The translations under genes and the position numbers were made by a program. From a virus (Duplodnaviria; Caudoviricetes): 27,629 nt of DNA. Below, piece after piece: positions 17,039 through 25,849 of this stretch (the first letter of the stretch is position 1; every line of letters starts with the position of its first letter). A model generated the notes under the pieces. That model was not told the origin of the DNA. It made no database searches and worked only from the letters and a program-made list of their open reading frames with translations. The stretch lies in the IMG/VR virus record IMGVR_UViG_3300020388_000054, positions 1 to 27,629 of that record. One strand, given 5' to 3'.

Positions 17039-19345
17039 ATGATTGAAAAAAGCAATATGTCTATAAACGTTACCAAAAGAGATGGTTCAGCGCAACCATT
17101 CAATTTAGATAAAGTACACAAAGTACTTGAGTGGGCCGTGGAAGATATTAGCGGTGTTTCAATGTCTGAAATAGAAATCAAGGCAAACCTACAATTGTTC
17201 GATAAAATTCATGCGTATGATATCCATGAATTACTTATTAAGTCAGCATCAGAACTAATATCAGATTATACACCGAACTATCAATACGTTGCAGCCAGAC
17301 TAATATCATATAAATTAAGAAAAGAAGTATATGGTGAATATGAACCATGGCATCTAAGAAAGCTAATAGAAAAAAATGTTGAAAGAGGTGTATATGATAA
17401 AGCTATATTAGATAACTATAGCGAAGAAGAAATAAACGAACTAAACGAATATATTAAACACGATAGAGATGATACATTTACTTATGCTGGCATGGAACAG
17501 TTTAGAGGTAAATATCTCGTACAAGATAGAAAGAATAAAATCCATTATGAAACTCCACAGGTTTTATATATGATGGTTGCCGCTACGTTATTTAGCGGTT
17601 ATGAAGAGAATAGAATGAAATATGTAAAGGAGTATTATGATGCAATTTCTCAATTTTATATATCATTACCTACGCCTATTATGGCGGGAGTTAGAACTCC
17701 TACTAGACAATTTAGTTCTTGTGTGCTTATTGAATCCGGAGATAGCCTTGATAGCATTAACGCTACTGCTACTAGCATCGTTAAGTATATAAGCAAAAAG
17801 GCAGGTATTGGTATTGGAGCCGGAGCTATTAGAGCTTTAGGCGCCAAAATCGGTGATGGTTCAGTAGTTCATACAGGCTTAGTTCCATTTTTAAAATATT
17901 TTCAATCAGCTGTGAAGTCATGCTCCCAAGGAGGTGTACGCGGAGGTGCGGCCACAGTATATTTGCCAGTATGGCATTATGAATTTGAAGATTTAATTGT
18001 TTTAAAGAACAATAAAGGTACAGACGAAACAAGAGTTCGTCACATGGATTATGCATTTCAATTTAATAAATTGATGTATGAAAGGTTACTCACAGGTGGT
18101 AACATTACTTTCTTTGATCCAAACGATGTACCAGGCTTGTATGACGCTTTCTTTTCAGATCAAGAACTCTTTCAAGAGCTTTATGAAAAGTATGAAAGAA
18201 AAACTTCTGTAAGAAAGAAATCATTGCCTGCCCTCGAAGTATTTACACAGTTTTTAACTGAAAGAAAAGATACAGGTAGAATATATTTAATGAATGTAGA
18301 TCATGCAAACGAACATGGTGCATTCGAGGAAAAGGTAGCACCGATACGTATGAGTAATCTTTGTTGTGAAATTGATTTACCAACACAGAACTTAGAATCA
18401 TACGATGATCAAAACGGAGAGATATCTCTTTGTACATTATCAGCAATCAATTGGGGTCTAATAAATGAACCACATGAGTTTGAAAAATACTCTAACCTAG
18501 CAGTTAGAGCTCTTGATAGTTTATTAGATTATCAGCAATATCCTGTCAAAGCTGCGGAATTATCAACAATGAATCGTAGACCTTTAGGCATTGGTATTAT
18601 TAATTTAGCATACTTCCTTGCGAAGCGTGGTTTAAAATATGATGAATCAGCTTTTGATATTGTAGATGAATATGCTGAAGCTTGGTCTTATTATCTAATC
18701 AAGGCTTCTGCCGATTTAGCAAAAGAAAAAGGTGCATGTTTATACAATCATCAAACAAAATATGCTCGTGGAAAACTGCCAATTGATACATATAAAAGAG
18801 CGATAGATAATTTGACAAAGAACGTAGAACGTCTACCGTGGAAAGAATTGCGTAAGCAATTAGTAGAAACTGGTATTCGAAACTCGACTTTAATGGCATT
18901 AATGCCGGCTGAAACAAGCGCTCAAATTAGTAATAGTACTAATGGTATAGAACCACCAAGAGCTTTGGTGAGTTATAAACAGAGTAAAGACGGAGTGATG
19001 GCTCAAGTCGTACCTGGTTATCACCACTTAAAGAATAAGTACGATTTGCTATGGGATCAAAAATCACCAGAAGGATATTTAGCGATCTGTGGTATATTAC
19101 AAAAATATATCGATCAAGGAATATCCGTAAATACATCTTATAATCCAGAACATTTCGAGGATAATAAGGTACCAATGTCTGTAATGATAACTGATCTTGT
19201 TACAGCTTATAAATATGGTATTAAGCAATTATATTATCTAAACACTTATGACGGTGCAGGAGAAATGGTTGAAGAACTACACACATACGATACAGGAACA
19301 ACAATAGTAAATGAAGAAGAAGATTGCGAATCCTGTAAAATCTGA
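17039..19345 (+). CDS. nrdA: class Ia ribonucleotide reductase alpha subunit
   Basis: ATP cone VTKRDG, PTPIMAG, QFSSC, SQGGVRGG, SNLCCEI, MPAETS, C-terminal CESCKI; alternative start 17057. Confidence 0.97.
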   Translation: MIEKSNMSINVTKRDGSAQPFNLDKVHKVLEWAVEDISGVSMSEIEIKANLQLFDKIHAYDIHELLIKSASELISDYTPNYQYVAARLISYKLRKEVYGEYEPWHLRKLIEKNVERGVYDKAILDNYSEEEINELNEYIKHDRDDTFTYAGMEQFRGKYLVQDRKNKIHYETPQVLYMMVAATLFSGYEENRMKYVKEYYDAISQFYISLPTPIMAGVRTPTRQFSSCVLIESGDSLDSINATATSIVKYISKKAGIGIGAGAIRALGAKIGDGSVVHTGLVPFLKYFQSAVKSCSQGGVRGGAATVYLPVWHYEFEDLIVLKNNKGTDETRVRHMDYAFQFNKLMYERLLTGGNITFFDPNDVPGLYDAFFSDQELFQELYEKYERKTSVRKKSLPALEVFTQFLTERKDTGRIYLMNVDHANEHGAFEEKVAPIRMSNLCCEIDLPTQNLESYDDQNGEISLCTLSAINWGLINEPHEFEKYSNLAVRALDSLLDYQQYPVKAAELSTMNRRPLGIGIINLAYFLAKRGLKYDESAFDIVDEYAEAWSYYLIKASADLAKEKGACLYNHQTKYARGKLPIDTYKRAIDNLTKNVERLPWKELRKQLVETGIRNSTLMALMPAETSAQISNSTNGIEPPRALVSYKQSKDGVMAQVVPGYHHLKNKYDLLWDQKSPEGYLAICGILQKYIDQGISVNTSYNPEHFEDNKVPMSVMITDLVTAYKYGIKQLYYLNTYDGAGEMVEELHTYDTGTTIVNEEEDCESCKI

Positions 19346-19451
19346 CGAAGACTTCTGGGATATGATGCCTGATGTCGAAGACTTAGAAAGAATAGTAAAA
19401 CGAGAATTAAAAAAATTAGAGGAATATGATGACAGTATTAAAGAAAAATAG
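19311..19451 (+). CDS. possible 46-aa ORF bridging nrdA and nrdB
   Basis: MKKKIANPVKSDEDFWDMMPDVEDLERIVKRELKKLEEYDDSIKEK* spans the 80-nt gap. Confidence 0.35.
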   Translation: MKKKIANPVKSDEDFWDMMPDVEDLERIVKRELKKLEEYDDSIKEK

Positions 19452-20475
19452 CAAATCACATCTAACGCGTGGTATGTTTTTCGATGAGGGAGTTGACGTC
19501 GCAAGATACGATCAAGTCAAATATCCACAAATTGAAAAAATAACAGAAAAACAATTAGGGTTCTTTTGGAGACCTGAAGAAGTTGATGTGTCTAAAGATA
19601 AGAAAGACTTTCATGAACTAACAGAACATGAACAACATATCTTTACGTCAAATTTAAAAAGACAAATACTATTAGATAGTGTTCAAGGCCGTGCGCCGAA
19701 TCTAGCATTTCTACCACATGTATCTTTACCTGAAGTAGAAAACTGGATAGAAACATGGTCATTCTTTGAAACAATACATTCAAGATCATATACACATATT
19801 ATACGAAATATATATCCTGATCCATCAAGTGTTTTTGATAAGATGTTAGATATTAAAGAGATTATAGAATGTGGTAATGATATTGCTGAATACTATGATA
19901 GGTTTATACAAGAGCCAAGTAAAAAGAACTTATGGATGTGTATACAATCAGCAAATGCTTTGGAAGGAGTACGTTTTTACGTTTCATTCGCTTGCAGCTG
20001 GGCATTTGCTGAACTTAAAAAGATGGAGGGCAACGCAAAGATTATAAAATTTATTGCCCGTGATGAGAATACACACCTTGCTGGTACTACAACAATGCTT
20101 AAACTATTAAGAAGAGAACCAGGTTATGAAAAGATTGCAAAAGAAACAGAACAAGAATGTATTGATTTATTTACTAAAGTAATTGAACAGGAAAAAGAAT
20201 GGGCAACATATCTTTTCCGTGATGGTTCAATGATCGGTTTAAATGAAACTATATTAAAAGATTACGTGGAATGGATAGGTTGCAAACGAATGAGAGCGAT
20301 TGGTTTACCTTGTCCGTACAATGTTCCACAGATGAATCCATTACCTTGGACAGAGAAATGGATTGGTGGAGGTAACGTACAAGTGGCTCCACAAGAAACT
20401 GAAATAAGCTCGTACGTCGTTGGCGGAGTAAAACAAGACGTCGATGATAAAACATTTAAAGGATTAAGTTTATAA
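19426..20475 (+). CDS. nrdB: class Ia ribonucleotide reductase beta subunit
   Basis: FFWRPEEV, LLDSVQ, ETIHSRSY (radical Tyr), LEGVRFYVSF, RDENTH, VAPQETEISSY. Confidence 0.97.
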   Translation: MMTVLKKNSKSHLTRGMFFDEGVDVARYDQVKYPQIEKITEKQLGFFWRPEEVDVSKDKKDFHELTEHEQHIFTSNLKRQILLDSVQGRAPNLAFLPHVSLPEVENWIETWSFFETIHSRSYTHIIRNIYPDPSSVFDKMLDIKEIIECGNDIAEYYDRFIQEPSKKNLWMCIQSANALEGVRFYVSFACSWAFAELKKMEGNAKIIKFIARDENTHLAGTTTMLKLLRREPGYEKIAKETEQECIDLFTKVIEQEKEWATYLFRDGSMIGLNETILKDYVEWIGCKRMRAIGLPCPYNVPQMNPLPWTEKWIGGGNVQVAPQETEISSYVVGGVKQDVDDKTFKGLSL

Positions 20476-20645
20476 TGCAAGCAATATTAGATGCTCATGA
20501 CTACGCTGAGTTTAAAAAGAAAGTAGATATTTTAAAAGAAAGAGGTATTGACCTCAATCACCGTGTGACCGAAGATGGTAGTAAATTTCAAGTAATAGTA
20601 GATACATATTATACTAAAGAAGAATTAGATGAGTTAACAGAATAA
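20475..20645 (+). CDS. hypothetical protein, 56 aa (not in ORF track)
   Basis: MQAILDAHDYAEF...ELDELTE*; TAATG overlaps at both ends. Confidence 0.7.
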   Translation: MQAILDAHDYAEFKKKVDILKERGIDLNHRVTEDGSKFQVIVDTYYTKEELDELTE

Positions 20646-21091
20646 TGAAAGATAGTTTTATTTTAATAATAGGTATATGTGGATTCATGTATGGTATTAT
20701 TATGCATACATATTCTAATCTCGATTACAAAGGATATTCACGAGTACAAGGATGCTCAGGCCTTTGTTACGAAGAGTATGTAGAAAAGAATGGTAATGTG
20801 GTCGAACAACTTCAAGTAAAAGCAGCTGCAGCAGCACAAGATCCATTTAGTTCTATTAGAGGACTTTGGGCAGGATGCGCAGCATGTCACGGACAAAATG
20901 GTGGAGGCATTGGTATGTTTCCTAAGTTAGCGGGACAAGATGCTGAATATATAATAGATAGACTTACAACATATAAAAACAGAGGCGAGGTAGGTAACAT
21001 GAGTTCTACTATGTGGGGCCAAGCCAGTGTATTATCAGAACAAGATATAGAAACAATAGGAAAATTTATTGAGGAGACAATGAATGATTAG
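20645..21091 (+). CDS. membrane-anchored class I c-type cytochrome (c553/c4-like)
   Basis: N-terminal TM; CAACHG heme motif; PKLAGQDAEYI..L..YK; distal Met candidates NMSSTM; LSEQDI C-terminal helix. Confidence 0.9.
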   Translation: MKDSFILIIGICGFMYGIIMHTYSNLDYKGYSRVQGCSGLCYEEYVEKNGNVVEQLQVKAAAAAQDPFSSIRGLWAGCAACHGQNGGGIGMFPKLAGQDAEYIIDRLTTYKNRGEVGNMSSTMWGQASVLSEQDIETIGKFIEETMND

Positions 21092-21302
21092 TATATACGG
21101 AAAAGACTTTTGTCCTTACTGCGATAAAGCAGTAGCTTTAGTAGAGCAAAAAGGCGAACAATACGAATATAAAAAACTTGGTCGTGACTTTACAAGAGAT
21201 GACCTAATGGAAACATTCCCAGGCGCGAGAACATTTCCACAGATTATTTACAAAGGCGAAAAGATTGGTGGTTATGATAACCTAGTTGAGAAATACCAAT
21301 GA
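21084..21302 (+). CDS. glutaredoxin (NrdC-like)
   Basis: CPYC, TFPQI, IGGY. Confidence 0.93.
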   Translation: MISIYGKDFCPYCDKAVALVEQKGEQYEYKKLGRDFTRDDLMETFPGARTFPQIIYKGEKIGGYDNLVEKYQ

Positions 21303-21430
21303 TATTAGATTGCGATTTTTGTTACCATTCAATGGCCATAAAGCCCGATGATCGCGAAATGAAAGTAAACTTCTGCCCACACTGTGGCGAAGCAGTCGAA
21401 GATGACTTCGACGAACTTGATTTTGACTAG
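21299..21430 (+). CDS. zinc-ribbon protein, 43 aa (not in ORF track)
   Basis: MILDCDFC...FCPHCG + acidic tail; ATGA overlap with glutaredoxin. Confidence 0.75.
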   Translation: MILDCDFCYHSMAIKPDDREMKVNFCPHCGEAVEDDFDELDFD

Positions 21431-21438
21431 TATAAATA
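21431..21438 (+). promoter_or_regulatory. T4-type late promoter
   Basis: Intergenic TATAAATA 5 nt before ATG 21444. Confidence 0.65.
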
Positions 21439-21443
21439 ATTAC

Positions 21444-21866
21444 ATGCAATGGCATTATCAAGGGAAAGAATATATTCCACCAGAAGACTTTAGTTCAGAT
21501 GATTATTATGGGTTTGTTTATCTAATAACAAATCGAGCTACAGGAAGAATGTATGTCGGAAAGAAATTCTTTTGGAGCAAGAAAACATTACCAATTACCA
21601 AAACCAGGAAAAGAAGAAAAAGATTATTAGTTGAATCTGATTGGCGTAATTATTATGGTAGTAATGTTCATTTACAAGAAGAGGTAAACACACATGGAGA
21701 TGAAATCTTCTATAGAGAAATTTTACACTTATGTAAAACAAAGGGCGAATGCGCGTACATGGAAGCCAAAGAGCAATTCACTCGAGATGTACTTATATCT
21801 GATAAATATTATAACGGTATTATTAACTGTCGTATTGGTGCACAATCAGTAAAAAACTTAAAATAA
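21444..21866 (+). CDS. GIY-YIG family nuclease-like protein (start 21444)
   Basis: YGFVYLITN...MYVGKK, W..YYGS, E, YYN. Confidence 0.8.
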   Translation: MQWHYQGKEYIPPEDFSSDDYYGFVYLITNRATGRMYVGKKFFWSKKTLPITKTRKRRKRLLVESDWRNYYGSNVHLQEEVNTHGDEIFYREILHLCKTKGECAYMEAKEQFTRDVLISDKYYNGIINCRIGAQSVKNLK

Positions 21867-21868
21867 CA

Positions 21869-21898
21869 GTTTACATTTACTTGAAAGTATGGTATAAT
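21869..21898 (+). promoter_or_regulatory. sigma70-type / T4 early-like promoter
   Basis: TTTACA 21870-21875, N17 ending TATGG, TATAAT 21893-21898. Confidence 0.85.
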
Positions 21899-21915
21899 AT
21901 ATACATATAAAAAAA

Positions 21916-22008
21916 ATGATAATTGATATAATACTCTTTTTAATTGCAGCAGCACTATCTGTGTTTACTGTAGAAATTATATCTGATTTATTAGGATGGA
22001 ATAAATGA
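21916..22008 (+). CDS. 30-aa single-TM peptide (not in ORF track)
   Basis: MIIDIILFLIAAALSVFTVEIISDLLGWNK*; ATGA overlap with rnh. Confidence 0.5.
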   Translation: MIIDIILFLIAAALSVFTVEIISDLLGWNK

Positions 22009-22862
22009 TACTACTAGATTATAGTCAAATAGCACTTTCAAACATTATCGTTCAAAAACTGAATGATGAGTCAATGATAAGACATATGATACTAAATAGC
22101 ATTCGTATGTACAATAAGAGATATAGAGATGAGTATGGCCAAATGGTTATATGCGCCGATGGTATGAATACCTGGCGTAAAGACTATTATCCATATTACA
22201 AAGCACATAGAAGAAAGAACAGAGAAGAATCAAGTCAAGATTGGAATGAAATATTTAGAATCTTACATCTAGTAAGAGACGAAATACGTGACAATCTACC
22301 GTATAAAGTAATACATCAAGAAGGTATTGAAGCTGATGATATTATTGGCACACTAGCTTTACGTACACAAGAGTTTGGTAATGATGAGCCAGTAATGATT
22401 GTATCATCAGATAAAGACTTTATACAACTACAAAAATTTAAAAATGTTAAACAATTTAGTCCAATACAAAAGAAAATGGTAACTGATGAAAACCCTAGAA
22501 CCTATCTATTTAACCATATTATGAGAGGCGATAGTGGTGATGGCATACCTAATGTATTGTCAGCAGATGATATCTTTGTCTCTGAGGGCCAACAGACACC
22601 TCTCAGGCAGGCAAAAATAAATGACTGGTTAGAACAATCAGACAACCTAAAAGAAGTAATGGACACTGAGGTATATCGCAACTATCAAAGAAATAAAAAG
22701 TTAATCGATTTAACAGATATACCAGAAAACTTGCAACAACTTATTATAAATAACTTTATAGAACAACCAATCGCTATGCGTATGAAAGTTCTAAATTATT
22801 TAATTAAGAAAAGATGTAATCAATTGATTGAAGTCGTGGAGGAATTTTACAATGGCACTTAA
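22005..22862 (+). CDS. rnh: T4-type RNase H / 5'-3' exonuclease
   Basis: LLDYSQ, WRK.YYPYYKA.R, EADDIIG, SSDKDFIQL, GDSGDGIPN. Confidence 0.93.
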   Translation: MILLDYSQIALSNIIVQKLNDESMIRHMILNSIRMYNKRYRDEYGQMVICADGMNTWRKDYYPYYKAHRRKNREESSQDWNEIFRILHLVRDEIRDNLPYKVIHQEGIEADDIIGTLALRTQEFGNDEPVMIVSSDKDFIQLQKFKNVKQFSPIQKKMVTDENPRTYLFNHIMRGDSGDGIPNVLSADDIFVSEGQQTPLRQAKINDWLEQSDNLKEVMDTEVYRNYQRNKKLIDLTDIPENLQQLIINNFIEQPIAMRMKVLNYLIKKRCNQLIEVVEEFYNGT

Positions 22863-23283
22863 ATTAATATCTGAGATTTTAGAAGAAGCTTCTAAAATTG
22901 TAAAAAAATCAGACAGGATGGACTACCTGCGAAAAGAAAAATGTCCAGCGTTAACCGACATATTAAGAATTAATTTCGATGATAGCGTCGTATCACTATT
23001 ACCTGAAGGTGAACCACCATTTAGAACAGAAAAGGAATTACCTAAAGGATTCGAATATACAAACTTGCATAAAGGATTTAGAAAATTTGGATATTTTTTC
23101 AAAGGCCCAACTGCAAATGGTATCTTACCAGCAAGGAGAGAACATCTCTTTATAGAACTATTAGAATCTGTACATTATGATGATGCAATGTTAGTAGTAC
23201 TTGCAAAGGACAAAAAATTAAAAGTTAAAGGCATTACCAAGAAAATGGTAAAAGAAACATTTCCAAATTTAATTCGAAAATAA
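22852..23283 (+). CDS. conserved T4-like hypothetical protein (DUF6433-like; start 22852)
   Basis: GGAGG SD; LPEGEPPF, RRE.LFIELLE.VH..DA...KDK. Confidence 0.75.
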   Translation: MALKLISEILEEASKIVKKSDRMDYLRKEKCPALTDILRINFDDSVVSLLPEGEPPFRTEKELPKGFEYTNLHKGFRKFGYFFKGPTANGILPARREHLFIELLESVHYDDAMLVVLAKDKKLKVKGITKKMVKETFPNLIRK

Positions 23284-23353
23284 ATAGGAGGTTTATGCAG
23301 AAACTTATATGATGATAGTATTTAACTTATACAAAATAATTAAGGAGATACTT

Positions 23354-23509
23354 ATGAATTTTGTTAATATAAACAAGCTGAGGAGAGATATATCCAAGGC
23401 TTCAAACTATCAGAGGCGATTGTTAGAAAAAGGAAAACATACGCTAGCATATAAAATGGGTAAGAAGATTGAACAGCTAGAAACAACTTTTGCTGATGTT
23501 ACAAATTAA
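23354..23509 (+). CDS. small basic hypothetical protein
   Basis: TAAGGAG SD before ATG 23354; alternative start 23309. Confidence 0.65.
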   Translation: MNFVNINKLRRDISKASNYQRRLLEKGKHTLAYKMGKKIEQLETTFADVTN

Positions 23510-23513
23510 GGCA

Positions 23514-23542
23514 GGGGAGCTTCGGCTCCCTCCTTTACATTT
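23514..23542 (+). terminator. hairpin terminator with C(UUCG)G tetraloop
   Basis: GGGAGC-TTCG-GCTCCC, a typical T4-like stable loop; weak U-tract overlapping the next -35. Confidence 0.72.
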
Positions 23543-23562
23543 ACTCAAAGATGTGGTATAAT
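23534..23562 (+). promoter_or_regulatory. sigma70-type / T4 early-like promoter
   Basis: TTTACA 23534-23539, N17 ending TGTGG, TATAAT 23557-23562. Confidence 0.85.
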
Positions 23563-23569
23563 ATATATT

Positions 23570-24121
23570 ATGAATATTTTTATTTTAGACAATGACCCAG
23601 TGATCGCAGCTCAAATGCAATGTGATAAACACGTACCAAAAATGGTAGTCGAATCAGGACAAATGTTATCGACTGTACATCGTATGTTAGATGGTAAAAT
23701 GGAAAGAAGACTATCTAAATCAGGTAAAGTAAGAGTACAATATTGGAAATTAAAAGACGATAGAGAAAATGTACTCTATAAAGCATGTCACTTTAATCAT
23801 CCTAGTACTGTATGGACCAGAGAATCAATAGAAAATTATATGTGGCATTACAATCATTTTGCTGCATTATGCGATGAATACACATATAGGTATGGTAAAT
23901 TACATGCAACAGATGCTAAATTACGAAAGGCTTTATCACAAGCACCAAACAATATACCACAAACAGGTATGACACAATTTAAATTAGCAATGGCATCAAA
24001 TCCAGAATGCATATTTGAGGATCCAATAAAATCCTATCGTGCATTTTATCAAACAAAACAATCAAGATTTAAAATGGTCTGGTCAAAAAGGGAAGTCCCT
24101 GGGTGGTTTACATATGCCTAG
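23570..24121 (+). CDS. pyrimidine-dimer DNA glycosylase-like protein
   Basis: MNIFILD...CDKHV.KM..E..QML, YK..H.NHP..VW, EYTYRYGK.H, YR.FY..K. Confidence 0.75.
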   Translation: MNIFILDNDPVIAAQMQCDKHVPKMVVESGQMLSTVHRMLDGKMERRLSKSGKVRVQYWKLKDDRENVLYKACHFNHPSTVWTRESIENYMWHYNHFAALCDEYTYRYGKLHATDAKLRKALSQAPNNIPQTGMTQFKLAMASNPECIFEDPIKSYRAFYQTKQSRFKMVWSKREVPGWFTYA

Positions 24122-24362
24122 TTACGATTTTGAAAATAAAAAAACAGGCGAGATAGAAGAACATATAATGAGTTATACTGTACTTGATCAATTTAAAGAA
24201 GACAATCCGCATTTAAAACAAGTAATATTAAGTGCTCCATCTATAGATTATGATGGAGGCCAAAGTATTTTGAAACGTGCGGGCGATGGGTGGAAAGAAG
24301 TCCAAGATAAAATTAGAGGCGGCTTACCACCAAGAATGAGGGATAATATTAAAACAAAATGA
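24114..24362 (+). CDS. FmdB-like small conserved protein (start 24114)
   Basis: MPSYDFENKKTGE...NPHL...GWKEV. Confidence 0.7.
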   Translation: MPSYDFENKKTGEIEEHIMSYTVLDQFKEDNPHLKQVILSAPSIDYDGGQSILKRAGDGWKEVQDKIRGGLPPRMRDNIKTK

Positions 24363-24413
24363 TAACTCAGAGTTATAAAATGTTATATATATTATTTATA
24401 GTGGAATTATATA

Positions 24414-24629
24414 ATGAAATACGAAAGATATCCAGAGCAAATGGAATTACAACTTAATAAAACTAAAGATGCTACTCCTGAAGAAGCACAAGAATGGTTA
24501 GAAAAAGAACTTTTACCATTGGGTGATATGCAGTTGAAATTTGTAGCGATGATGTCGGTAATACAATTTGCAACTTTAGGCTTTATGTTATTCGCGTTTT
24601 ATATGATTTCACTTGGATTGGAGAAATGA
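24414..24629 (+). CDS. small protein with C-terminal TM
   Basis: Hydrophobic C-terminal half. Confidence 0.65.
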   Translation: MKYERYPEQMELQLNKTKDATPEEAQEWLEKELLPLGDMQLKFVAMMSVIQFATLGFMLFAFYMISLGLEK

Positions 24630-24630
24630 A

Positions 24631-24912
24631 ATGAAAAAAATACTAAGCGTTATCATTTTCTCAATGTTCGTATCTGATGCTTTTGCAGATGATTGGAGAA
24701 TGAGAAAATTTGATTTAAACAATGACAATGTTATTAGTGAAGCTGAGTTAATTCAAGTAGGTTGCGTTCGAACAACAAAATTGTTTGATCGTGCAGATAG
24801 AAATGGAGACGATGTTCTTAATAGAAGAGAAGCAAGAAAGGCTACTTATATTATATTTAAGAACAGAAGAGTCTGTCCAGCTATTTTAAAGCCTGCTGCA
24901 GTTAGAGGTTAA
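24631..24912 (+). CDS. secreted EF-hand protein (start 24631)
   Basis: Signal peptide MKKILSVIIFSMFVSDAFA; loops DLNNDNVISEAE and DRNGDDVLNRRE. Confidence 0.8.
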   Translation: MKKILSVIIFSMFVSDAFADDWRMRKFDLNNDNVISEAELIQVGCVRTTKLFDRADRNGDDVLNRREARKATYIIFKNRRVCPAILKPAAVRG

Positions 24913-24922
24913 TAATACAATT

Positions 24923-25600
24923 ATGAATTTTGTACATGAACCTATTGATATAGGTTATTTTGATTTAGAAAATGTAACTAGTGATAGTGGTCGTCATTAT
25001 GTCGATCCCGAAGGAAATAAGTATCCTTCAATCACTACTGTATTATCAATACTCTCTGAAGAATCGATTCAAAAGTGGAGAGCAAGAGTTGGTGAGGAAG
25101 AAGCAAATCGAATCAGCACTCAAGCCAGTACGCGCGGGACTAAGATACATGATATAATTGAGAAGTATGTTGGGAATGATCCGGATTATTTAGATAAAAA
25201 GGATCTTCCTAACATGCATACCTTTCAAGATATACAATCGTATATAGACAAATCAGTTACTAAAGTATATGCTCAGGAAGCTGCTCTATATTCTAAACAT
25301 TTAGGTGTTGCGGGTAGAGTGGATTGCGTGGGTCAATGGGATGGAGTCGATGCAATTATCGACTGGAAAACATCTCGCAAATGGAAAAAGAAAGAATGGA
25401 TTTCAGGTTATTTCATGCAAGCTTCAGCTTATGCAATAATGTGGGAAGAGCGTACAGGAATGCCGATCAAGAAATTAGTGATCTGTATTGCTGGAGATGC
25501 TGGGCCACAAATATTTGTTGAAGATAGAGATAACTGGACAAAAGACTTAATAAATACTATATCTGAATATAAAAAGAGAAAGTTTTGGGGTAGAAAATGA
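24923..25600 (+). CDS. PD-(D/E)XK exonuclease
   Basis: YPSITTVL, RGT..H, AGRVDC, IIDWKTS, Q..AYA. Confidence 0.88.
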   Translation: MNFVHEPIDIGYFDLENVTSDSGRHYVDPEGNKYPSITTVLSILSEESIQKWRARVGEEEANRISTQASTRGTKIHDIIEKYVGNDPDYLDKKDLPNMHTFQDIQSYIDKSVTKVYAQEAALYSKHLGVAGRVDCVGQWDGVDAIIDWKTSRKWKKKEWISGYFMQASAYAIMWEERTGMPIKKLVICIAGDAGPQIFVEDRDNWTKDLINTISEYKKRKFWGRK

Positions 25601-25794
25601 ATCACTTATTAAAAGCATTAATTGCTAAATTAGAAGGCGAGATCGAAGTTGCAAAAGCTAACATTATGGTATATCAAAGAAATGCAGCTGGTATTGGCGA
25701 ACACATAGACATTGTGGAAACTATTGAAAAAGAAGTTGAAAAAGTAGCTGATGCACACGACAAGATTGAAGCAATAAACAAATACTTAGGTTAA
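25597..25794 (+). CDS. conserved hypothetical helical-hairpin protein
   Basis: AKANI.VY....GIGEH.DI; ATGA overlap. Confidence 0.7.
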   Translation: MNHLLKALIAKLEGEIEVAKANIMVYQRNAAGIGEHIDIVETIEKEVEKVADAHDKIEAINKYLG

Positions 25795-25800
25795 AAGAGT

Positions 25801-25841
25801 TATAAATAGCTATTTACATACTACAAAAAATGTGGTATAAT
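25801..25841 (+). promoter_or_regulatory. tandem late (TATAAATA) and early-like promoter
   Basis: TATAAATA 25801-25808; TTTACA 25813-25818, N17, TATAAT 25836-25841. Confidence 0.8.
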
Positions 25842-25849
25842 AATAGTAT

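Noticed and set aside
17039-20475. Introns or inteins in nrdA/nrdB (also checked uvsX and gp41)
   Set aside because: The ORFs are continuous, of normal length and have all expected motifs.
921-21091. Bacterial chromosome or prophage origin suggested by rpsU and the cytochrome c
   Set aside because: Both genes are embedded and coupled among T4-like core genes under phage-type promoters; no integrase or host operon context is present.
21444-21866. GIY-YIG gene as a mobile homing endonuclease
   Set aside because: Only 140 aa with no C-terminal DNA-binding repeats or intron context; it looks like a resident gene.
334-22752. Intragenic TATAAATA at 334, 3480, 8560, 13839, 15300 and 22745
   Set aside because: Several chance copies are expected in DNA this AT-rich. 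Some may be real late promoters, but only the clearly positioned ones were called.
24923-25600. Exonuclease as Cas4 or a CRISPR component
   Set aside because: No Fe-S cysteine set, no other cas genes and no repeat-spacer array seen.
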